64,000 nt of DNA from Lysobacterales bacterium (GTDB taxonomy: Bacteria; Pseudomonadota; Gammaproteobacteria; Xanthomonadales; Xanthomonadaceae): positions 12,874 through 76,873 of the forward strand of contig JAATFG010000082.1 in assembly GCA_015655355.1 (NCBI GenBank), read 5' to 3'. The translations under genes and the position numbers were made by a program. A model generated the notes under the pieces. That model saw nothing but the letters and a program-made list of their open reading frames with translations, was not told the DNA's origin and did not search any database. Of the stretch, positions 16,863 to 26,148 are shown piece after piece (the first letter of the stretch is position 1; each line of letters starts with the position of its first letter).

Positions 16863-17121
16863 ATGAGCACGATGAACATCTCCTTGCCGGATGAACTCAA
16901 GGATTTCGTCGATGCGCGCATCAAGGCCGAGGGCTAAGGCCGAGGGCTTTGGCAGCAGCAGCGAATACATGCGCGCGTTGATCCGGCGCGACCGTGACCG
17001 CGAGCAATTCCGCCAATACCTGCTGGACGGCGTGGCTTCCAAACCCGCTGGGCGCATGGATGCGGTGTATTTCACCAAGCTGCGCGAACAGGTCGCCAAG
17101 GCTGGCAAGCCGCAAGCGTGA
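16863..17121 (+). pseudogene. ParD-type RHH antitoxin disrupted by a 13-bp tandem duplication
   Basis: MSTMNISLPDELKDFVDARIKAEG then stop. AAGGCCGAGGGCT occurs twice (16923-35, 16936-48); removing one copy restores ...AEGFGSSSEYMRALIRRD...GKPQA. Confidence 0.9.
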
Positions 17122-17433
17122 AACCGGCGATTCGTTCCGAGCTGGCGCAAGCCGACATCCAGCACGCACTGGATGACTATCTGGGCGAATCGCCACGTGC
17201 GGCATCGGGATTCCTCGACGCGCTCGAAGCGGCGGTCCGCCACATTGAAATCCATCCGTCCATGTGGTTCGCCGCGCTATGCGCACGAACTGGATATCCC
17301 GCAATTGCGCCACTGGTGTTTGCACAAGTATCCCTACGCCTTGTTCTACATCGAGCACGTTGACCATCTGGATGTGATCCGTTGCGTGCATCTGCACCGC
17401 GACATTCCATCGACCTTGCAGGGCGATGCCTGA
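17118..17433 (+). pseudogene. ParE/RelE-type toxin with a +1 frameshift
   Basis: MKPAIRSELAQADI...HIEIHPSM in one frame continues as GSPRYAHELDIPQLRHW...YPYALFY...VIRCVHLHRD in the +1 frame near 17265; GTGA overlap with the antitoxin stop. Confidence 0.88.
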
Positions 17434-17509
17434 TCCGGACCTCCCCATCGGTACCCGTGCCGGTGTACGCTCCCGGAAACGGGCAACCTCCCGGCAATGA
17501 GGAGAGCGC

Positions 17510-18145
17510 ATGAAGACGATTCTGGTCGCCAGCTCCAAGGGCGGCGCGGGCAAGACCACCGTGGCCAGCAACCTGGCCGCGAAGTTCGCATTGGACGGGC
17601 ACAAGACCGTGCTGGTCGATGCCGACCCGCAGGGCTCCTCGACGCGCTGGGCGCAGCGCCGGGTGGAAATGCCCAGCGCCGTGCTCGCCGTCGACGGCAG
17701 CGGCCGCAAGGCGAGCTGGCGCAAGCACGTGCCGGAGGACGCCGAGGTCGTGGTGATCGACGCGCCGGCGGGGGCACAGGCGGCCGAGCTGGAATCCTTC
17801 CTCGACGCGGCCGATGCGGTGGTGGTGCCGGTGATGCCGTCCGGGCTGGACATCGAGGCCACGGTCGGCTTCCTCAACACCCTGGCCGAGGTGCCGCGCG
17901 TGCACAAGCGCAAGCTGCCGGTCGGGCTGGTCCTCAACCGCAGCAAGCCGTGGACCCAGACCAGCCGGCAGGCGGTCGAGATGCTGCAATCCTGGCCTTA
18001 TCCGGTTGTCACACAATTGCGCGACAGTCAGGCCTACGTGGTGATGGCCGGGCTGGGCCGCAGCCTGTTCGACTATCACTCAGTGGCCGTGCGCGATCAT
18101 CAAGGCGATTGGGAGCCACTGCTGCAGTGGCTCGACAACTCCTGA
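17510..18145 (+). CDS. Short orphan ParA-family ATPase
   Basis: Deviant Walker A SKGGAGKTT, DADPQGS, VIDAPA. Confidence 0.92.
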   Translation: MKTILVASSKGGAGKTTVASNLAAKFALDGHKTVLVDADPQGSSTRWAQRRVEMPSAVLAVDGSGRKASWRKHVPEDAEVVVIDAPAGAQAAELESFLDAADAVVVPVMPSGLDIEATVGFLNTLAEVPRVHKRKLPVGLVLNRSKPWTQTSRQAVEMLQSWPYPVVTQLRDSQAYVVMAGLGRSLFDYHSVAVRDHQGDWEPLLQWLDNS

Positions 18146-18178
18146 GACAATTCCCTTCCCCCGAATGGATGCCTGCCC

Positions 18179-18655
18179 GTGCGTGAACTGATCCTGCTGC
18201 GCCATGCGCATGCCGAACCGGCGAATTACGGGCAAGCCGACATCGACCGGCCGCTGTCGCCAGTGGGCCTGGCCGAAGCCGAAGCGGCCGGGCGCTGGTT
18301 GCGTCAGCACCGCCTGGTGCCCGACCGGGTGCTGTGTTCGCCGGCGCGGCGCACCCGCGAGACGCTGGCGAACGTGCTGGAAGTGGTCGGTTTCGTCGAG
18401 CAACGGCTGGCCGAACCGATCTACGACGCCAGCGCCGGCACCCTGATCAACGTCATCGATGCGCACCCGGACGTGCAGCGCCTGCTGCTGGTCGGGCACA
18501 ACCCGGGCCTCGAGCACCTGGTCGCGCTGCTCGCCGATGGCCGCAGCGGCGACTATCGCGGCATGCCGCCGGCCGGCATCGCGGTGCTGCACCTGGCCGA
18601 CGACGCGGCGGTCGAGCCGGGCGCGGCGACGCTGGTGGATTTCTGGTGGCCATGA
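18179..18655 (+). CDS. SixA-like histidine phosphatase
   Basis: LILLRHA, RPLSPVG, CSPARRTRET, LLVGHNP. Confidence 0.9.
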   Translation: MRELILLRHAHAEPANYGQADIDRPLSPVGLAEAEAAGRWLRQHRLVPDRVLCSPARRTRETLANVLEVVGFVEQRLAEPIYDASAGTLINVIDAHPDVQRLLLVGHNPGLEHLVALLADGRSGDYRGMPPAGIAVLHLADDAAVEPGAATLVDFWWP

Positions 18656-19320
18656 TCCGGCGGGGCGCGATCGCGATGCGCGGGCTGCCGGCCATCGTCC
18701 TGCTCGTCCCGGCGCTGTGCGGCGCGGCGCAAACGCCGCCGGCCGCCGCGCCCGCCAGCGTGGCGCCGCCGCCGATCGCCGAATCGATCCCGGCAACGCA
18801 GTCGATGAGCTTCGATCCGGCGCACACGCACCTGGGCTTCAAGCTGCGCACGCGCTGGGGGCAGGCCCTGGAAGGCTGGTTCCCGCATTACGACGCCAGC
18901 GTCACCGTGTTGCCCGATGGCCGCCACCAGGTGCAGCTGAATTTGTACGTGGCCGACGTCGACGTCAACGACAGCCCGCGCTACAGCGACATGGCGCGCA
19001 GCGACAGTTTCTTCAACGCGCGCCAGTTCCCGGTGGTGACGTGGACGTCCGATCCCTACGATGCCTCGCTGGTCGACCGCGGCGGGCACATGCCCGGCAC
19101 GCTGACCATCCGCGGCACGAGCCGGCCCAAGACCCTGGAACTCAAGGCGCCGCCGTCCGGCTGCGTGCGTCCGGGCTACGATTGCGACGTGCTCGCCAGC
19201 GGCGAAGTCGAACGCGGCGACTACGGCATGAACGGCTGGAAGCTGGCGATCGACAACCACGTCGAATTCGTGCTGCGCATGCGCCTGCACCCGGTGGCGG
19301 TTTCCTCGGTGACGCCGTGA
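18652..19320 (+). CDS. YceI-family periplasmic lipid-binding protein
   Basis: ATGA overlap; signal peptide; DPAHTHLGF, FFNARQFP, GTLTIRG, RGDYGM. Confidence 0.85.
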   Translation: MIRRGAIAMRGLPAIVLLVPALCGAAQTPPAAAPASVAPPPIAESIPATQSMSFDPAHTHLGFKLRTRWGQALEGWFPHYDASVTVLPDGRHQVQLNLYVADVDVNDSPRYSDMARSDSFFNARQFPVVTWTSDPYDASLVDRGGHMPGTLTIRGTSRPKTLELKAPPSGCVRPGYDCDVLASGEVERGDYGMNGWKLAIDNHVEFVLRMRLHPVAVSSVTP

Positions 19321-21239
19321 TGCGACGGGTGTTGCGTCTGGCCGCGGCATCGTGCCTGTTGCTGCTCGCCGGTTGTTCTTCGCTGTCGCCGCTGCAGCAC
19401 GAGCGCGCGGTCAACATCGCCGCGCAGGCGCGCAGCGAGCAAGTCGACTGCAGCGACGAAACCGACCACTGCGCGCTGGTCTCGCCGCTGCACGCGCTCG
19501 GCGACGAGGCGCTGGCCGCATCGACGGCGGACGCGCCGAAGCACTACGCGCTGATGATCGACGAGGGCGAGGATTCGCTGCTGGCGCGCCTGAACCTGAT
19601 CCGCAGCGCGAAGAAAAGCATCGACCTGCAAACCTACATCTTCGACAAGGACGATTCCTCGCGCATCGTCCTCGACGAACTGCTCGCCGCGGCCAAGCGC
19701 GGCGTGCAGGTGCGCATGCTGATCGACCAGCTCTCGGCGATCGGCGATTTGCAGATCCTCGCCGCGCTGGCCGGCGCGCACCAGAACTTCGCCTTGCGCG
19801 TGTACAACCCGACCTTCAACAAGGCCACGCTCAACTACCTCGACTATGCCGGCAGCGTGCTGTGCTGCTTCCGCCGCTTCAACCAGCGCATGCACACCAA
19901 GCTGTTGCTGGTCGACGACGCCATCGGCATCACCGGCGGGCGCAATTACCAGGACGATTACTTCGACTGGGACAGCCAGTATGATTTCCGCGACCGCGAC
20001 GTGCTCATCGCCGGCCCGGCCGCGCGGACGATGGCGGCGAGCTTCGAGGAATTCTGGAACACGCGGCGCAGCGTGCCGGTCGAGCGCCTCAACGACGTCG
20101 GCCGCGTGCTGCTGGCGCAGGGCGTGCCGGCGCTGCCGCCGGAGCAGTTCCTGCGGCCCGCGCGCGCGGCGGAAATGCGCGCGGCGGCCAGCGACGACGC
20201 GATCGTCGAGCGCAGGCTGGTGCAGCCGGCGCTGCCGGTCGGCGCGGTCGACTACATCGCCGACCTGCCGCAGAAGCACCGCAGCGATTTCCACACCGCC
20301 AAGCTGCAGCCGACGCCGGAACTGGAAACCCTGATCGAAGGCGCGCAACACGACGTGCTGCTGCAGACGCCGTACCTGGTCATGTCGAAGAAGGCGCGCC
20401 AGGTGTTCGCCGAACTGCACAAGCGCAGCGACGCGCCGACGGTGACGGTGGCGACCAACTCGCTGGCCTCGACCGACAACCCGATCGTCTATGCGGTCTC
20501 GCACAAGTACAAGCGCATGTACCTGCGCGAGCTCGGCTTCCACATCCACGAACTCAAGCCGTTCCCGACCGACGAACCGATCGATTACGCCGGCCTGTCG
20601 CCGGAAGCCGACGACGAGCCGTTCGACCAGGACAGCGTCACCGGCGAGGAACTGTTCTCCAACCTCGAAGGCGAAACCAAGCTGCGCAGGCTGCGCCGCG
20701 CCGAATCGCGACCATCGTTCCTCAGCTCCGGTTCGTCGAGCCGGCCGGTGCCGCTGAAACGCCCCGGCCTGCGCATCGGCCTGCACGCCAAGTCGATGGT
20801 GATCGACGGCCACATCGCCCTGATCGGCACCCACAACTTCGACCCGCGCTCCGTGCGCTACAACACCGAGGCGGTGGTCATCATCGACGACGAAAGATTC
20901 GCGCAACGCCTGCAAGCCAGCATCGACCGCGACATCGACCCGGTCAATTCGTGGACGATCGCCCGGCGCGAGCGCGTGCCGATCCTGTCCGACCTGAGCA
21001 ACGGCATCGACAGCGTGTCCTCGTCGCTGCCGATCTTCGACCTGTGGCCGTTCCGCTACGCGACCAGCTACGACTTCGTGCCCGGCCCGGACTGCCCGCA
21101 GCCGTTGCCGAGCAACGACCCGAAGTTCTACCAGTGCTATCGCACGGTCGGCGATTTCCCCGAAGTCGGGCTTGGTCCGAAAACCGTGTTCGTGCGCGTG
21201 CTGATGGCGTTCGGCGCCGGCCTCGTGCCGATTCTCTGA
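19320..21239 (+). CDS. Phospholipase D family lipoprotein (ClsC/cardiolipin synthase-like)
   Basis: Lipobox LAGC; two HKD motifs (HTKLLLVD, HAKSMVID); GGRNY, GTHNFDPRS. Confidence 0.9.
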   Translation: MRRVLRLAAASCLLLLAGCSSLSPLQHERAVNIAAQARSEQVDCSDETDHCALVSPLHALGDEALAASTADAPKHYALMIDEGEDSLLARLNLIRSAKKSIDLQTYIFDKDDSSRIVLDELLAAAKRGVQVRMLIDQLSAIGDLQILAALAGAHQNFALRVYNPTFNKATLNYLDYAGSVLCCFRRFNQRMHTKLLLVDDAIGITGGRNYQDDYFDWDSQYDFRDRDVLIAGPAARTMAASFEEFWNTRRSVPVERLNDVGRVLLAQGVPALPPEQFLRPARAAEMRAAASDDAIVERRLVQPALPVGAVDYIADLPQKHRSDFHTAKLQPTPELETLIEGAQHDVLLQTPYLVMSKKARQVFAELHKRSDAPTVTVATNSLASTDNPIVYAVSHKYKRMYLRELGFHIHELKPFPTDEPIDYAGLSPEADDEPFDQDSVTGEELFSNLEGETKLRRLRRAESRPSFLSSGSSSRPVPLKRPGLRIGLHAKSMVIDGHIALIGTHNFDPRSVRYNTEAVVIIDDERFAQRLQASIDRDIDPVNSWTIARRERVPILSDLSNGIDSVSSSLPIFDLWPFRYATSYDFVPGPDCPQPLPSNDPKFYQCYRTVGDFPEVGLGPKTVFVRVLMAFGAGLVPIL

Positions 21240-21342
21240 TTGCCGTCGCAACACCATGCAACACAGGGTTGCGTTCATTGCCGCGCGCGACATGGCCGCG
21301 ATTGCGCGACAATGCGGTTTTCCTCGTGGAGCATCGGTCGTC

Positions 21343-21768
21343 ATGGCATTCCGCAATCTTCCGGTCAGCATCGAACAACTCAATCGCGGCGCGCAGGGCA
21401 ACATGGTCGGCGCGCTCGGCATTGTCTTCACCGAGGCCGGCGACGACTGGATCCGCGCGACGATGCCGGTCAACGAGAAGACCAAGCAGCCGTTCGGCCT
21501 GCTGCACGGCGGCGCATCGGTGGTGCTTGCCGAGACGCTGGGCAGCATGGCCGGCTGGCTGTGCGTGGACGGCGAAACCGAAGCGGTGGTCGGCATCGAC
21601 ATCAACGCCAACCACCTGCGCGCCGCGCGCGACGGCATCGTCACCGGCACGGTGCGCCCGCTGCACGTCGGCCGCAGCACGCAGGTGTGGGAAATCAGGA
21701 TCGAAAACCCGGAAGGCAAGCTCGTCTGCATCTCGCGCCTGACCACCGCGGTCGTGCCGAAGAAGTAG
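21343..21768 (+). CDS. Hotdog-fold thioesterase (YdiI/MenI-like)
   Basis: KQPFGLLHGGASVVLAETLGS, GIDINANH. Confidence 0.9.
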   Translation: MAFRNLPVSIEQLNRGAQGNMVGALGIVFTEAGDDWIRATMPVNEKTKQPFGLLHGGASVVLAETLGSMAGWLCVDGETEAVVGIDINANHLRAARDGIVTGTVRPLHVGRSTQVWEIRIENPEGKLVCISRLTTAVVPKK

Positions 21769-21838
21769 CGCGGCGCATGCAACGGACTGTCGCCGTGCCG
21801 GCATCGCCGCGCTCGGCGCTCGGCCGTAAGCTGCCGGC

Positions 21839-22630
21839 ATGACTTCCGCATCGTTGCCATCGTTGTACGTTTCGCACGGCTCGCCGATGCACGCGCTGCA
21901 GGCCGGCCGCGTCGGCGAATGCTGGGCGCGGCTGGGTCGCGACTTGCCGCGTCCGCGCGCGATCGTCGTCGCTTCGGCGCATTACCTGATGCGTGCGCCC
22001 TGCATTGGCGGCGCGGAAAAACCCGAGACCCTCCACGATTTCGGCGGCTTCCCCGACGCGCTGTACCGCCTGCACTATCCGGCGCCGGGTTCGGCGCAAC
22101 TGGCGAACGCCATCGCGCGGCTGTACGCGCAGGCCGGGATCGAGGCGCACATCGAAGCCGATCGCGGTTTCGACCACGGCGTGTGGACGCCGCTGCTGTA
22201 CATGTATCCGGAGGCGGACATTCCGGTCGTTTCCGTGTCGATCCAGCCGCGGCTCGGCCCGGAACACCAATTCAAGCTCGGCCGTGCGCTGGCGTCGCTG
22301 CGCGAACAGGGCGTGCTGCTGATCGGCAGTGGCAGCATCACCCACAACCTGCACGACTGGCGCACCTATCAGGACGGCGGCGAAGCGCCTTACGTGCGTC
22401 CGTTCACCGGCTGGGTCGAGGACAAGCTGCACGCCGACGACATCGCCGCAATGCTCGATTACCGCAAGCAGGCGCCGTTCGCCGAACACGCGCATCCGAC
22501 CGATGAACACCTGCTGCCGCTGTTCTTCGCGATGGGCGCGGCCGGCGGCGACGCCTTGCACGCGCAGCGCATCGACGCGGGCATCGACGCCGGGATGATG
22601 GCGATGGACGTGTACCGCTTCGGCCAATGA
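21839..22630 (+). CDS. DODA-type (YgiD/LigB-like) extradiol dioxygenase
   Basis: SHGSP, SAH, HDFGGFP, DHGVW, GSGSITHNL, HPTDEHLLPL. Confidence 0.9.
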   Translation: MTSASLPSLYVSHGSPMHALQAGRVGECWARLGRDLPRPRAIVVASAHYLMRAPCIGGAEKPETLHDFGGFPDALYRLHYPAPGSAQLANAIARLYAQAGIEAHIEADRGFDHGVWTPLLYMYPEADIPVVSVSIQPRLGPEHQFKLGRALASLREQGVLLIGSGSITHNLHDWRTYQDGGEAPYVRPFTGWVEDKLHADDIAAMLDYRKQAPFAEHAHPTDEHLLPLFFAMGAAGGDALHAQRIDAGIDAGMMAMDVYRFGQ

Positions 22631-22702
22631 TCGCCATGCCCGCGCAGACGGCGGGCATCCACCGGCTTTCGTCTTGGGTCGCAGGTGCGATGCCGCGGCA
22701 AC

Positions 22703-23509
22703 TCAGATCAGCGTGAGCAAGGTCGCGGCGATTGGCGCTTCGATCTTCGGCGACAGCAATTCGTCGGCACGGGTGCGGCCGAGGTTCAACGCCGCGATCG
22801 GCTTGCCGGCCTTGTGCGCGGCGTGGACGAAGCGCAGGCCCGAATACACCATCAGCGACGAGCCGACGACCAGCACCGCATCGCTGGCGTGCAGGTGCTT
22901 CATTGCATCGAGCACGCGTTCGCGCGGCACGTTCTCGCCGAAGAACACCACGTCCGGCTTCAGCGTGCCGCCGCAGATTTCGCATGCGGGAATCGCGAAC
23001 GCGGAGAAATCGGCTTCGATGTCGGCATCGCCATCCGGCGCGACCGTCGCCATGCGTGGCAGCCAACCGGGATTGGCCTGTTCCAGGCGCGCTTGCAGCG
23101 ACGCGCGGTCGCTGTGCGCTTCACAGTCCATGCATCGAACGGTGTCGAGCCGCCCATGCAGATCAATGACGCGCGTGCTGCCTGCGCGCTGGTGCAGGCC
23201 ATCGACGTTCTGGGTCAGCAGCATTTCGATCCTGCCGCGGCGTTCGAGTTCGGCCAGTGCGCGATGCGCGGCGTTCGGTTGCGCGGTGACGAAAAAACTC
23301 CAGCCGAGCATGCTCCGCGCCCAATAGCGCTTGCGCACCGCCAGATCGCCCATGAACGCCTGGAAGGTGACCGGCGGCTGCCGCTTCCACTGCCCGTCCG
23401 CATCGCGGTAATCGGGAATGCCCGAATCGGTGCTGACGCCGGCGCCGGTGAGCACGAACAGCTTTTCGTGCGCGGCAACGAATTCGCGCAGGGGATCGAT
23501 GGCGTTCAC
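22703..23509 (-). CDS. NAD-dependent protein deacylase, class II (SIRT4-like) sirtuin
   Basis: GTG start overlapping the MFS stop; TGAGVSTDSGIPDYR, RYWARS, TQNVDGLH, PDGDA, CxxC pairs, LKPDVVFFGE, GSSLMVYSG. Confidence 0.92.
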   Translation of the reverse strand: MNAIDPLREFVAAHEKLFVLTGAGVSTDSGIPDYRDADGQWKRQPPVTFQAFMGDLAVRKRYWARSMLGWSFFVTAQPNAAHRALAELERRGRIEMLLTQNVDGLHQRAGSTRVIDLHGRLDTVRCMDCEAHSDRASLQARLEQANPGWLPRMATVAPDGDADIEADFSAFAIPACEICGGTLKPDVVFFGENVPRERVLDAMKHLHASDAVLVVGSSLMVYSGLRFVHAAHKAGKPIAALNLGRTRADELLSPKIEAPIAATLLTLI

Positions 23510-24747
23510 TCGCTGCGCGGCGGATGCGGCGCAAAGCGGCCATAGGGCTTGCTGTCGTCGGCGTGCTTGCGCAGCACGCGCGCGGCGAGCGAGGCGAACG
23601 CGAGCAACAGCAGGCAGAAACCGCCGACCGCGTTCCATTGGCCGTGTTCCCAGCACCAGCCGCTGGCCAGGCCGAGCACGCTGGAGCCGACGTAGTACGC
23701 CAGCAGGTACAGCGATGCGGCGTGGCTTTTCGAGCTGTGGCCGAGCCGGCTGACCCATGCGCTCGCCGCCGAATGGGCGACGAAGAAACCGGCGGTGAGC
23801 AGGGCGATGCCGAGGATGATCGCGGCCAGCCGGTGCGTCATCGTCAAGGCCACGCCGACGAAGGCGGCGATGGTGCCGAGCGAGACCACCGGGCCGCGGC
23901 CGATGCGGTCGGACAACTGGCCGCTGAGCGACGAAGAGAAGATGCCGAACACGTACACGCCGAAGATCAGCGCCAGCGCGCTCTGGCTGAGGCCGAATTC
24001 CGCCCCGCCGAGGCGGAAGCCGATGTAGTTGTAGACGCTGACGAAGGCGCCCATTTCGCAGAACGGGATCACGAACAGCCACAGCAGGTATTTGTTGCGC
24101 AGGTGCGCGGACCAATGGCCGAAGTGGTATTTCAGGTCGGCGCCGCGCTTGCGCACGAAGTTGCGCGAAGCCGGCAGCAACAGCACGAAGCCGATCGCGC
24201 ACAGCAGGTCGAACGCGCTCAACGACGCCAATGCGATGCGCCAGCCGAAATGGTCGGTGAGGAAGCCCACGGCGATGCGCCCCATCATCCCGCCGAAGGC
24301 GTTGCCGCCGATGTACAGGCCGGTCGCCGCGCCGAGTTTTTCCGCCGGCAATTCCTCGGCCATGTACACCATCGCCACCGCCGGCATGCCGCCGAGCGCG
24401 ATGCCCGACAACGCGCGCAATGCCACCAGCGCGCCCCACTGCGGCATCCACGCCGCGGCGAAGTTCAACAGCGCCGCGCACAGGATCGAGGCGAACATCA
24501 GCCCGCGCCGGCCGAGGTTTTCCGACAGCGCGCCGGCGCAGAAGATCGACAGCGCCAGGCACGCGGTGGCCAGCGACACCGGCAGCGAACTGGTCGCCGC
24601 GTCGAGGTGGAATTCGCGGGCGAATTCCGGCAGCAGCGGCTGCGCGCAATACAGCAGCGAGAACGTGGCGAAACCGCCGACGAAGAACGCCGCGCGGATG
24701 CGGCCCGATGCCGGTTGCGCGGCGATGTCGGTGGATCGTGATGGCAT
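23506..24747 (-). CDS. MFS transporter, YnfM-like
   Basis: GFATFSLLYCAQPLLP, GLYIGGNAFGGM, YNYIGFRL, ASLYLLAYYVGSS. Confidence 0.88.
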   Translation of the reverse strand: MPSRSTDIAAQPASGRIRAAFFVGGFATFSLLYCAQPLLPEFAREFHLDAATSSLPVSLATACLALSIFCAGALSENLGRRGLMFASILCAALLNFAAAWMPQWGALVALRALSGIALGGMPAVAMVYMAEELPAEKLGAATGLYIGGNAFGGMMGRIAVGFLTDHFGWRIALASLSAFDLLCAIGFVLLLPASRNFVRKRGADLKYHFGHWSAHLRNKYLLWLFVIPFCEMGAFVSVYNYIGFRLGGAEFGLSQSALALIFGVYVFGIFSSSLSGQLSDRIGRGPVVSLGTIAAFVGVALTMTHRLAAIILGIALLTAGFFVAHSAASAWVSRLGHSSKSHAASLYLLAYYVGSSVLGLASGWCWEHGQWNAVGGFCLLLLAFASLAARVLRKHADDSKPYGRFAPHPPRSE

Positions 24748-24771
24748 GGGGGAATTCGGTTCTTCTTGCGG

Positions 24772-26079
24772 TCAATCGGCGCGCAGCGCATCCAGCGATT
24801 CGCGTTCGAGCGCGGCGTACAGCGCGAACGGATCGTTGACCTTTGCGCCGAGCGCGGCCTCGAATTCGGTTTGGTTGTCGTGCGCGGCGTAGGCGCGTTG
24901 TTCGGCGCCGCCGAGGTTGCTCTGGAAGATGCCCGCCGCGCTCACCGGCAGGAAATCCTCGTACACGATCGGGTCGGCGATCAATTCGCCGTCGGCGCTC
25001 TTCGTGTAGCGGAAATAGCCGAGTTGCTGCGCGCGCAGTTCGTCCAGCGTGTCGGGGAAATCGGCGAAGGCGTCGGCGAGCTTCGCGTCGTAATCGCCGC
25101 CCGTGCTGCCGGCGCCTTCGAGTGCGCGCACCTTCGCCAGGCATGCGTCGTACAGCGCGCGGCCCTTCGGCGTCAGCGCCAGTCCGCGCTGCTCGATCTC
25201 GCCGAAGCGCGCGGTGTGCATGCCGGCGGCGACTTCGCCATCGCCGGCCGGAAAGTTCACCGCTTCGTTGAGCGCGGTGAAGCTGGTCTGGCGCAGCAGG
25301 ATCGGCGCCTTGCGCGGCGGCGGGCCTTCGATCACGGCTTTCGCCTTGATCCCGCGCGCGAGCATTTCCGCTTGCGCGGCGTCGATGTCGAGCGTGCGCG
25401 GGGTCAGGTGGTTGATGTGCGGGCCGTGGAAGCTGACCACGTCGGCGATCAGCTTGTGCGCGTCGCTGAGCGCGCGGTAGGTCGCCAATGGCACGGTCGC
25501 GTCCGAATGCCAGCGGAAGGTTTCCAGCGCTTCGGCGACGAAACGCCGTGCATCGGCTTCATCAAGGCCGCCTTGCGCTTCGGCCCTGGCGATCAGTTCG
25601 CGCGCGCCGGCGGTGAAGATGTCGCGCCTGGCGAGGATGGCTTCGGCCTGTGCGCGCAGTTCGGCATCCTCGATCAATTCGAGGCGCAGCAGCGAGCAGA
25701 ACACGCGGAACGGATTGGCCGCCAGCGATGCGGATGCAAGCGGGCGGAATGCGGTCGAATGCACCGGCACGCCGGCCACGCTCAAGTCGTAATAGCCGAC
25801 CGGGAACATGCCCATCACCGCGAACAGGCGGCGCAGCATCGACAGTTCGGCGGCGCTGCCGACGCGGATCGCGCCGTGGCGTTCGAGGTCGATGCGCTTG
25901 AGTTCATCGTTGCGTTCGATCCGCGCCGCCAGTTGCGCGTCGTGCGCCAGCGTGTCGGCATTGACCTGCGCGACCAGTTGCATCAACTCGCCGTACAGCG
26001 GCACCTCGGCGCGGTACATGTCGGACATCGCCTGTGCGAACAGGCTGCGGATGCGGTCGGGGCGGGCGAAGGCGGTCAT
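24772..26079 (-). CDS. hglS: 2-oxoadipate dioxygenase/decarboxylase (hydroxyglutarate synthase, YdcJ/DUF1338)
   Basis: SDMYRAEVPLYG, ERHGAIRVG, HINHLTPR, FGEIEQRG, YEDFLPVSAAGIFQSNL. Confidence 0.88.
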   Translation of the reverse strand: MTAFARPDRIRSLFAQAMSDMYRAEVPLYGELMQLVAQVNADTLAHDAQLAARIERNDELKRIDLERHGAIRVGSAAELSMLRRLFAVMGMFPVGYYDLSVAGVPVHSTAFRPLASASLAANPFRVFCSLLRLELIEDAELRAQAEAILARRDIFTAGARELIARAEAQGGLDEADARRFVAEALETFRWHSDATVPLATYRALSDAHKLIADVVSFHGPHINHLTPRTLDIDAAQAEMLARGIKAKAVIEGPPPRKAPILLRQTSFTALNEAVNFPAGDGEVAAGMHTARFGEIEQRGLALTPKGRALYDACLAKVRALEGAGSTGGDYDAKLADAFADFPDTLDELRAQQLGYFRYTKSADGELIADPIVYEDFLPVSAAGIFQSNLGGAEQRAYAAHDNQTEFEAALGAKVNDPFALYAALERESLDALRAD

Positions 26080-26148
26080 GACAACTCGCGTGCGATGGGC
26101 GTGCGCCCATTTTCGCCGATTTGCGCGCGCGCTGCCTTGCCGCGCAGG

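Noticed and set aside
16891-17121. 76-aa ORF as an intact antitoxin
   Set aside because: Its first 15 residues are off-frame; it lacks the RHH beta-strand MSTMNISLP encoded from 16863
18459-21239. 926-aa apparent PLD fusion
   Set aside because: Upstream part overlaps sixA and yceI off-frame; the lipoprotein signal begins at 19320
22703-25144. 813-aa sirtuin fusion, or a Sir2 anti-phage effector
   Set aside because: Extension is off-frame over the MFS gene; the sirtuin is a standard Zn-binding deacylase with no defence partners nearby
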